Positions 54,436 through 61,772 of a stretch of DNA of 61,842 nt are shown here, in pieces; the first letter of the stretch is position 1; each line of letters starts with the position of its first letter. A model generated the notes under the pieces. It worked only from the letters and a program-made list of their open reading frames with translations. It ran no database searches and was not told the DNA's origin. The stretch is from NCBI GenBank assembly GCA_964629675.1, contig CAZVUG010000010.1:1-61842 (forward strand), given 5' to 3'. A program made the translations under genes and the position numbers. The stretch is from an uncultured Candidatus Saccharibacteria bacterium. Lineage in GTDB: Bacteria; Patescibacteriota; Minisyncoccia; Portnoybacterales; UBA2143.

Positions 54436-55068
54436 ATGGATAACGTTATTATTCCGGCTATAATTGCAAATAATTTTGAAGAATTAGCAAAAAAAATTAA
54501 TCTAGTAGATCGTTATGTTGACTGGTTGCAATTAGATATTATGGATGGTTATTTTGTAGATAATTCTACCTGGAATAATCCAGCTGATTTAAAAAAAATA
54601 AAGAGCAAATCAAAGATAGAAGCGCATCTAATGATAAAAAATCCTGAAGACAAAATTAGCCAATGGATTAATTCAGGAGTTAAAAGGATTATTGTTCATT
54701 ATGAATCAACTAAATATCTTCAAGAAGTAATTAATGATATTAAAAAAGCTGGTTTAGAAGTTGGTTTGGCTATTAATCCACAAACTCCAGTTGAAGTAAT
54801 CGATGGTTTCATTTTAGATCTGGATTTAGTTTTAATAATGACGGTAGAACCTGGCCAAGGAGGTCAAGAATTGATAGATGATACTTTGGTTAAAATTAAA
54901 AAAATAAGAGATAACTATCCAAATATCAATATCGAAGTAGACGGAGGGATAAATTTTGAAACTGCCCCTAAAGTTATTCAGGCGGGAGCTAATTTTTTAG
55001 CTGCCGGCAGTATTATTTTCAAAAGCAGTAATATAGAAGAAACTATTAAGAAATTAAAGAATATATAA
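54436..55068 (+). CDS. rpe: ribulose-phosphate 3-epimerase
   Basis: LQLDIMDGYFV, HLM, MTVEPGQGGQ and VDGGIN. Confidence 0.93.
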   Translation: MDNVIIPAIIANNFEELAKKINLVDRYVDWLQLDIMDGYFVDNSTWNNPADLKKIKSKSKIEAHLMIKNPEDKISQWINSGVKRIIVHYESTKYLQEVINDIKKAGLEVGLAINPQTPVEVIDGFILDLDLVLIMTVEPGQGGQELIDDTLVKIKKIRDNYPNINIEVDGGINFETAPKVIQAGANFLAAGSIIFKSSNIEETIKKLKNI

Positions 55069-55095
55069 GCAGTAGATTAATTTAATAACTTATTT

Positions 55096-55689
55096 ATGCT
55101 GTTAAGAAAAAATCAAATTCCAATACTCATTTTTACTTTAATCTATTTAATTATTTTTACAATTGTATTTCTTCTAAGGGAAAATTATGAATTTATAATG
55201 TATGTCGGCGTAATGGCATTTTTCTTCTTCGTTGTCCTTTTAACAAATAAAAAATTGAATTATCCAAATACCATTCTTAGCGGACTTAGCTTTTGGGGAT
55301 TGCTGCATATGTCCGGCGGCGGAATTTTTATCAATGGAACAAAATTATATTCTCTAATTTTAATTCCAATATCTTCAACTTATAATATTTTTAGATACGA
55401 CCAATTTGTGCATATAATAGGCTTTGGCATCGCAACACTTTTAATGTTTTTCTTGATAGAGCCTAAGTTAAGCAAGCCTATAGAGAAATGGACGGCTATT
55501 TCGATAGTTGTTATAATGGCTGGATTAGGAGTTGGGGCAGTTAATGAAATAATTGAATTTATTGCTGTCGTTATTATGCCGGAAACAGGTGTTGGCGGAT
55601 TTTTGAATATGTCTCTTGATTTAGTTTCTGATCTAGTTGGAGCCTGTTTGGCAATGACTTATATTAGAATCAAAAAAGGCAAGTTATAA
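55096..55689 (+). CDS. polytopic membrane protein of unknown function
   Basis: 197 aa with about 6 hydrophobic segments, embedded in the central-carbon cluster. Confidence 0.55.
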   Translation: MLLRKNQIPILIFTLIYLIIFTIVFLLRENYEFIMYVGVMAFFFFVVLLTNKKLNYPNTILSGLSFWGLLHMSGGGIFINGTKLYSLILIPISSTYNIFRYDQFVHIIGFGIATLLMFFLIEPKLSKPIEKWTAISIVVIMAGLGVGAVNEIIEFIAVVIMPETGVGGFLNMSLDLVSDLVGACLAMTYIRIKKGKL

Positions 55690-55719
55690 TAGATTAATAA
55701 ATAAGATAAAAATTACAAT

Positions 55720-56703
55720 ATGTACGATATTATTACTTTCAGCTCAGCCACTATAGATATTTTTATGAGCAGCAATAATTTGGCGGTAGTAAAAAATGAT
55801 AAATTTTACACCAAAGAAGGATTGTGCGTTCCCTTGGGGAGCAAAATACACATGGATGAAGTCTTTTTTTCTGTCGGCGGCTGTGGTGCTAATGCGGCGG
55901 TTACTTTTGCCCGGCAGGGATTAAAGACGGCTTATGCTGGAAAAATTGGCAAAGATTTTCCGGGAAGCGAAGTTAAAAAAGAATTAGCTGAAGAGGGTGT
56001 CGATTTAGAATTCTTGAAAGAATCTCCAGAATATAATACGGCTCTTTCAGTTATTCTGTCTTTGCCGGAAGTCGGCCGGAGCATTTTAGAAAAATTGGGA
56101 GCCTGCCATGAACTAGAAAAAAAGGATATTGATTTTAATAAAATTAAGGCAAAATGGTTCTATGTTGCTTCTTTATCTGGGCGCAGCAGCCAAATTTTCG
56201 AGCCAATTATTGATTTTGCCGAAAAAAATAATATTAAAGTAGCAGCTAATCCAGGAAACACTCAATTGAAAGAAGATTTAAATATTCTGAAATCAAAATT
56301 AAATAAAATTGATATCTTATTAGTCAATCAGGAAGAAGCAGCCCGTTTGACTGATATTGATTATCAAAAAGAAAAAGAGATTTTTAAGAAATTAGACGAA
56401 TTAGTAAAAGGAATAGTCGTCATGACCAAAGGTCCTCAGGGAGTAACCGTCTCGGATGGAAGTTATTTATATTCAGCAGGTATTCCAAAATCTGAATTAG
56501 CAGATAGAACTGGAGCCGGCGATGCTTTTGGTTCTGGCTTTGTTTCTGGCTATATTGAAAAAGAAGATATCTCTTACGCAATTCAATTAGGAACAGCTAA
56601 TGCTACTTCTTGCCTGCAAAAAATGGGAGCAACTAATGGACTTTTAATGAAAGGCGAATGGGGCCAGTGGGAAAAAGTTGAAGTAGAAAAAGTAAGAATT
56701 TAA
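55720..56703 (+). CDS. PfkB/ribokinase-family carbohydrate kinase
   Basis: GGCGANAA near the N-terminus and the C-terminal TGAGDAFGSGF anion-hole motif. Confidence 0.88.
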   Translation: MYDIITFSSATIDIFMSSNNLAVVKNDKFYTKEGLCVPLGSKIHMDEVFFSVGGCGANAAVTFARQGLKTAYAGKIGKDFPGSEVKKELAEEGVDLEFLKESPEYNTALSVILSLPEVGRSILEKLGACHELEKKDIDFNKIKAKWFYVASLSGRSSQIFEPIIDFAEKNNIKVAANPGNTQLKEDLNILKSKLNKIDILLVNQEEAARLTDIDYQKEKEIFKKLDELVKGIVVMTKGPQGVTVSDGSYLYSAGIPKSELADRTGAGDAFGSGFVSGYIEKEDISYAIQLGTANATSCLQKMGATNGLLMKGEWGQWEKVEVEKVRI

Positions 56704-56716
56704 TAAAAATGGAAGA

Positions 56717-57127
56717 ATGCTTATAAGCAAAAAGGGATTTACTCTTATCGAGATCTTAGTAGTTATCGCTATTATTGGTCTTGTAGCTAGTGTTGTTTTG
56801 GTTAGCTTAAATAATGCTCGTAAGAAAGCAAGGGATGCTAGAAGGCTGTCAGATGTTCATCAAATAGTCTTAGCTTTAAATATTTATCTTGATGAAAAAG
56901 GAGAATGGCCGGCAAGAACTGCTGATGCTTGTTGCGATGGCTGGGACCAAGGGCCGTGTGAGTCAGATAATACTTTTATCCAAAGTTTAGCCGATGAGGG
57001 AATTATGAGCAAGGTACCAGTTGACCCAAATGGCGGATCTGGAACTGGGTGTTATGGATACAATTATTATGTCTATGGCGCCGGGAATTACGGGTGTGAA
57101 AGTGCCAAAGGAAGATTTTTGTCTTAG
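56717..57127 (+). CDS. type IV pilin-like protein, apparently truncated by a frameshift at a T5 run
   Basis: KKGFTLIEILVVIAIIGLVAS N-terminus. The ORF stops at TAG 57125-57127. The next 38 codons continue in the -1 frame to TAA 57238-57240 (see findings). Confidence 0.8.
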   Translation: MLISKKGFTLIEILVVIAIIGLVASVVLVSLNNARKKARDARRLSDVHQIVLALNIYLDEKGEWPARTADACCDGWDQGPCESDNTFIQSLADEGIMSKVPVDPNGGSGTGCYGYNYYVYGAGNYGCESAKGRFLS

Positions 57128-57283
57128 GAATTCGCGATATGGAAGATAGCGGAAGACCTCATCCAGAAAGTCCGGGATGGGAATGTCCTAGTCGAAACTG
57201 GCAGAATGAGTTTGATTGGGTAACTGGAGGCTTCGAATAATTTTTGTCGTCTATATTAAAAATAATTAAGGAGATACTCATCT

Positions 57284-58549
57284 ATGAAACCAACTGCTAA
57301 ATTAGCTAAATTATTAAGAACTTCAGAAGAAGTTATTTTAAAATTAGAAAAGAAAATGGATAAAATAAGCGGGCAGAAAGATGTAGTCGAAAAAATTATT
57401 AGGGAAAATGAAGATTTAATCAGAGATCGGTTAATTAAATTAGGATTTGGCACGCAAAGAAATTTCTTTGAAACTCAAGCGGAAGAAGTTTATAACGCTC
57501 TAATAAAAGAAACAGAAAAAAGCAATAAGGCTATTGTTGAACATTTCCATCAGCCGAATTTTTCAACTAAATCAGGGTGCCAAAGCATAATTAACGCAAC
57601 TAAAGAATTGACTGGTAATTTAAGAGGATTTTACCTTAAGGAAGAAAAAGCGAAAGAGCTATTTCGACTTAATCCGCCGAAAAATATCATGTCTGATTTA
57701 GGTTATGGCGATGATATAGAAAAAATGTTAAAAGAGGAAGATATTTCTGAACTTTTTTGCGCTTTGAGATTTGCCGAAGAAAGTGATTGGCTGAATAATG
57801 TTTTTTTTGTCCCGTATAAAGATTTAAAAGCAAGCGATTTTGAAGAGAGAGAGACTAAAGTAATGGTTTTGCCGGAAAGATGGTCTGATATTGGAGAAAA
57901 ATTTTTAGGCAAAAAACTTCACCCAATGAGCCATTTGAAGGAAATGGGAATTATTTTTGTCATTCCATTCAAGAAAGAATTTCATGGCATGGCCCTTTAT
58001 CTCTTTTTTATGACTTTGCATTATACTTTTGAAGTAGATTGGCATTCTCGGCTTTTCAAAGCATATAGCGCTCAGACAAACTTTGCTAAAAAGATGATAG
58101 ATGCTTTAAAAGTTGAAGTTAGCAGTATGTCCTTACCTAATGATGAAAAAATGAGTTGGCGGATGATGCCTAAATATTTAGCCAAAAAAGATGATAATGA
58201 TCCACGTTTAAAAGAACCTCATGTTAGTCCAGAAGCTTGGCATTACACAAGAGTGTCTAATGCTATTAATGATTTTGCTGAGCGTTTTCCTGAATTAAAA
58301 TTGGATTTTTGGAGTAATTTAGAATGGGTTGGTGACTATTTCCCAGTTAATTCTAAAGAAGAATCTTTAATTAGTTTTGATTTATATGATAATGGCGTAG
58401 CTTTACTTAAAAAAGCAGGGTTTGGATCTAAATTTATTTACCATCAACAGGAAGCTTTATGGAATAAAATTTTTAGTGAATATATGGGAGAGGAAAAGAT
58501 GGATCAGATAATGATGGAAAATTTAGACAAAGGATACGTTACTCTTTAA
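57284..58549 (+). CDS. hypothetical protein, 421 aa
   Basis: Long ORF with AAGGAG (57268-57273) upstream. I recognise no family motif. Confidence 0.65.
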   Translation: MKPTAKLAKLLRTSEEVILKLEKKMDKISGQKDVVEKIIRENEDLIRDRLIKLGFGTQRNFFETQAEEVYNALIKETEKSNKAIVEHFHQPNFSTKSGCQSIINATKELTGNLRGFYLKEEKAKELFRLNPPKNIMSDLGYGDDIEKMLKEEDISELFCALRFAEESDWLNNVFFVPYKDLKASDFEERETKVMVLPERWSDIGEKFLGKKLHPMSHLKEMGIIFVIPFKKEFHGMALYLFFMTLHYTFEVDWHSRLFKAYSAQTNFAKKMIDALKVEVSSMSLPNDEKMSWRMMPKYLAKKDDNDPRLKEPHVSPEAWHYTRVSNAINDFAERFPELKLDFWSNLEWVGDYFPVNSKEESLISFDLYDNGVALLKKAGFGSKFIYHQQEALWNKIFSEYMGEEKMDQIMMENLDKGYVTL

Positions 58550-58577
58550 TTTTAATTAATATTTAAGTGATAATAAT

Positions 58578-59438
58578 ATGTTAAATAATTTTAAAAAAGC
58601 ACAACAAAATAAGTATGCTATCGGAGCTTTTAATTTTTCTACTTTAGAGCAGCTTAAGGCAATTATTGAAGCAGGAAAAAAAATGAAAAGTCCTTTGATT
58701 CTAGCAACTTCTCAGGGAGAGAGTAATTTTGTTGGCAAAAAACAAGCAGTTGCTTTAGTCAAAACTTACCGGCAAGAAACAGGACTGCCTATTTTCCTCC
58801 ATTTAGATCACGGCAAGTCTTTTGCCGAAATAAAAGAAGCAGTGGCTGCTGGTTATGACTCAATCCATTTTGATGGTTCAGAATTAGATTTCGCAGAAAA
58901 TATTAAACAAACTAAAGAAGTAGTTAGCCTTATCAAAGAAAAAGCTCCTCAGATAGCTATTGAGGGAGAAGTAGGCTATTTAAGGGGAAAGTCATCACCG
59001 CAAGATAAAGTAGAAATAGAAGAAAAAGATTTAACTAAACCCGATGAAGCATTAAGATTCATAGAAGAAACTGGCGTTAATAGCTTAGCCATTGCTATTG
59101 GTAATATCCATGGCGTCTTTAAATCAGGGCAAAATCCTCATCTATTTTTAGACAGATTGGAAGAAATTGATAATAAATTAGAGCATCGCATGTTCTTAGT
59201 CCTTCATGGCGGTTCTGGAACTCCAGAAGAAGATATCAAGGAAGCGGTTAAAAAAGGTATTACTAAAGTTAATGTAAATACAGAGCTAAGAAAAGCTTAC
59301 ACCTATTCAATCAAAAAAAATCTTGAAGAAAATCCTTCTTTAGTAACTCCATATAAAATTATGGCACCCGTAGTAGAATCTATTCAAAAAGTAGTCGAAG
59401 AAAAAATAAAGCTTTTTGGCAGCGATAATAAAATATAA
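58578..59438 (+). CDS. fba: class II fructose-bisphosphate aldolase
   Basis: YAIGAFN, HLDHG, and LVLHGGSG...NVNTEL. Confidence 0.93.
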   Translation: MLNNFKKAQQNKYAIGAFNFSTLEQLKAIIEAGKKMKSPLILATSQGESNFVGKKQAVALVKTYRQETGLPIFLHLDHGKSFAEIKEAVAAGYDSIHFDGSELDFAENIKQTKEVVSLIKEKAPQIAIEGEVGYLRGKSSPQDKVEIEEKDLTKPDEALRFIEETGVNSLAIAIGNIHGVFKSGQNPHLFLDRLEEIDNKLEHRMFLVLHGGSGTPEEDIKEAVKKGITKVNVNTELRKAYTYSIKKNLEENPSLVTPYKIMAPVVESIQKVVEEKIKLFGSDNKI

Positions 59439-59461
59439 ATTATTAATGGATTTTGTCAGAT

Positions 59462-59487
59462 ATCCTTGACCAAAGGATTTTTTTTAG
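59462..59487 (+). terminator. intrinsic terminator after fba
   Basis: ATCCTT / AAGGAT stem with a 5-nt loop, followed by T9. Confidence 0.5.
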
Positions 59488-59502
59488 TTAGCATATAGAT
59501 AT

Positions 59503-60195
59503 ATGTTGGAAATAAAAACTCAAATAAGAGAAAAAAAAGAAGATAAAAATAATCAGCTTAGGATAAAAGAATTTATCCCGGCTATTTTGTATGGGCACAA
59601 AATTAAAAATTTGCTCTTAAAAATTAAGCTAACAGATTTTGATAAAGTCTATCGTCAGGCAGGAGAAAGCTCTTTGGTCAAGCTTCTTATTGAAGACAAA
59701 GATTGCCAAAAAAAAGAAAGAGTTGTTTTCATTTACGATGTTGCTAAAGATCCAGTTAGTGATAAAGCTATCCACGTTGATTTTTATCAAGTAAAAATGG
59801 ATGAGCCGATTACGATTGAAGTTCCTCTAGTTTTTAAAGAAGAGGCGCCAGCAGTCAAAGAGAAAGAAGGTGTTTTGGTTAAAAATATTCAAAATATTGA
59901 GATAGAAGCGCTTCCGCAGAATTTACCTCATCAAATCGAAATTGACATATCAGGATTAAAGGAATTTGATGATATTATTCGAGTTAAAGATATAAAAATC
60001 TCACCAGAATTACAATTAAAAGCAGATCCGGAAGAAGTTGTTGTTTCAGTAATTCCGCCAAGGACTGAAGAAGAGCTGAAAGAGCTTGAAGAAAGTCCGG
60101 CAGAAGGAGTTGAAGAAGTAGAAGTAGAAGAAAAAGGTAAAGAAGAAGAAACCAAAGAAGAAGATACTTCAAAAGAAAAAGCAAAAAATGAATAA
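59503..60195 (+). CDS. rplY: 50S ribosomal protein L25/general stress protein Ctc with E/K-rich C-terminal tail
   Basis: IPAILYG..., HVDFYQV, and a two-domain Ctc-type length of 230 aa. Confidence 0.88.
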   Translation: MLEIKTQIREKKEDKNNQLRIKEFIPAILYGHKIKNLLLKIKLTDFDKVYRQAGESSLVKLLIEDKDCQKKERVVFIYDVAKDPVSDKAIHVDFYQVKMDEPITIEVPLVFKEEAPAVKEKEGVLVKNIQNIEIEALPQNLPHQIEIDISGLKEFDDIIRVKDIKISPELQLKADPEEVVVSVIPPRTEEELKELEESPAEGVEEVEVEEKGKEEETKEEDTSKEKAKNE

Positions 60196-61498
60196 ATTAT
60201 CCAAGATAAATATTCTCTATTTTCTATTTATTTTTTTATTTTTAACCTTTCCCTTATTAGGCTTAGCTGATGACAATGATAAACTTCGTCAGGAATTAGA
60301 AGAACAAATACGGCAGAAACAAGAAGAAATTACAAATTACCAAAATAACATTAAAGAAAATCAGCAGAAAGCAAAAACTCTCCAAAACCAAATTCAGATC
60401 TTAGAAGATGAAATTAGTAAAATGCAAGTACAGATAAGCCAGATCGATTTAAGTATAGAAAAAAGTAATTTAGATATTAGAAAAATAGACGAAGAAATTG
60501 ATAATTTAGAAAAGAAAATAGAGGGAAAAAAATCTCTTTTGTCCGAATATTTAAGAACTATTAATCATTGCGACCAGCAGACTCTCTTGGAATTAATTTT
60601 AAAACATGAAAATTTTTCTGATTTTTTTGAAGAAATTAATGCTTTAGAAAATGCCCAGGAAGAAATCCAAACTGTTTTGAAGAACATTAAAGGATTAAAG
60701 GAAGAATCAGAAACAAAGAAAGGAGAATTAGAAGAAGAGCTTCAAGAGAAAAATAGATTAAAATCTGTCCAATTGCTTCAGAAAAGAACAGTAGAAAACA
60801 AACAATGGGAGAAAGAGGATTTATTAGATAGAACAAAAGGCAAAGAAGCTCAATATCAACAGCTGATTCAGGGAACGCAAAAAGAAATTAGTTTTATTAA
60901 AGAGCAGCTTTCTCTTTTAGAGAAATATGATCTTACTATTGAACAAGCAGTCAGTAATGCTATTTTTGCTGCTTCTAAAACTGGTATTAGGCCGGCTTTT
61001 TTATTGGGTGTGCTAGAAGTAGAATCTAGGCTTGGCTTGAATGTTGGCACTGGTAATTGGCAGGAAGACATGTATCAATGCTACAGAAGCTTAGGCTATA
61101 TCACTAAAGCAGAACAAGAAAAAAGCGCCTTTTTGCAAATTTGCCAATCCTTAGGCCTTAATCCTAATAGCCAGCCAGTCTCTGCTGAGCCCTATTATGG
61201 ATGCGGTGGAGCAATGGGGATAGCGCAATTTATGCCGACTACATGGATGGCTTATAAGGATAGGGTTACTTCGGTGACGGGGAATAATCCTCCTAGTCCC
61301 TGGAATCCTCGAGATGCTTTTACGGCAGCGGCTATTAAATTAAGCGATGGCGGAGCTAATCAGCGAACAGAGATAGGAGAGCGTACTGCTTACGCTAAAT
61401 ATTTAGCTGGCGGTCGTTATCAAAAATGGATTTATAACCAAGTAACTGATTATGTAATCGAAATGGCGGCTAAATTCCAACAGCAATATTTCGACTAA
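60188..61498 (+). CDS. secreted coiled-coil protein with C-terminal MltB/SLT_2-like lytic transglycosylase domain
   Basis: Signal peptide, then ~230 aa of heptad-rich Q/E/K sequence. The C-terminus has LGVLEVESRLG (catalytic Glu-Ser) and GGAMGIAQFMPTTW. Confidence 0.75.
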   Translation: MNKLSKINILYFLFIFLFLTFPLLGLADDNDKLRQELEEQIRQKQEEITNYQNNIKENQQKAKTLQNQIQILEDEISKMQVQISQIDLSIEKSNLDIRKIDEEIDNLEKKIEGKKSLLSEYLRTINHCDQQTLLELILKHENFSDFFEEINALENAQEEIQTVLKNIKGLKEESETKKGELEEELQEKNRLKSVQLLQKRTVENKQWEKEDLLDRTKGKEAQYQQLIQGTQKEISFIKEQLSLLEKYDLTIEQAVSNAIFAASKTGIRPAFLLGVLEVESRLGLNVGTGNWQEDMYQCYRSLGYITKAEQEKSAFLQICQSLGLNPNSQPVSAEPYYGCGGAMGIAQFMPTTWMAYKDRVTSVTGNNPPSPWNPRDAFTAAAIKLSDGGANQRTEIGERTAYAKYLAGGRYQKWIYNQVTDYVIEMAAKFQQQYFD

Positions 61499-61503
61499 AA
61501 CTA

Positions 61504-61532
61504 TTGACAAATTATTAATAATGTTATATAAT
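61504..61532 (+). promoter_or_regulatory. perfect consensus sigma-70 promoter
   Basis: TTGACA (61504-61509), a 17-nt spacer, then TATAAT (61527-61532). Confidence 0.6.
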
Positions 61533-61568
61533 ATACATAAGTTAAAATAAAAATTAATAGGTAGTGAA

Positions 61569-61772
61569 GTGAGAATTCTGACCTTTTGGGTTCTGGTTTT
61601 CCTTCTTACTGGAACGAGCTATATGCTCAAAAGGATTCTCACCTCACTGCTTATTATATTAATAGGCAGCATCATATTTCTCTTTTTGACTCTAGCCGGG
61701 TTTTTACTCAGCTATCAGCAAATTAAGAAGTATAATCACTTTCCTAATATTTTAGAAAAGTGTGTTTATTAA
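61569..61772 (+). CDS. possible small two-TM membrane protein (GTG start); alternatively part of a structured RNA
   Basis: 67-codon hydrophobic ORF in T-rich sequence with a weak SD. A 17-nt imperfect inverted repeat (61563-61579 / 61632-61648) spans the start. Confidence 0.35.
   Translation: MRILTFWVLVFLLTGTSYMLKRILTSLLIILIGSIIFLFLTLAGFLLSYQQIKKYNHFPNILEKCVY

Noticed and set aside
57115-57121. Programmed -1 ribosomal frameshift at A-TTT-TTG in the pilin gene.
   Set aside because: The site is not a canonical X-XXY-YYZ heptamer, because the P-site shift TTT to ATT mispairs. I see no stimulatory hairpin or pseudoknot within ~10 nt downstream. A homopolymer length error or phase variation is more likely.
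57166-57176. GAAAGTCCGGG, identical to the core of the universally conserved RNase P RNA CR-I motif (GAGGAAAGUCCGGGC).
   Set aside because: It lies inside the sense continuation of the frameshifted pilin gene (codons ...PESPGWE...). No companion RNase P elements (the ACAGAACCCGGCUUA-type CR-V, or P4 pairing partners) occur in the surrounding 400 nt. This is a chance 11-mer.
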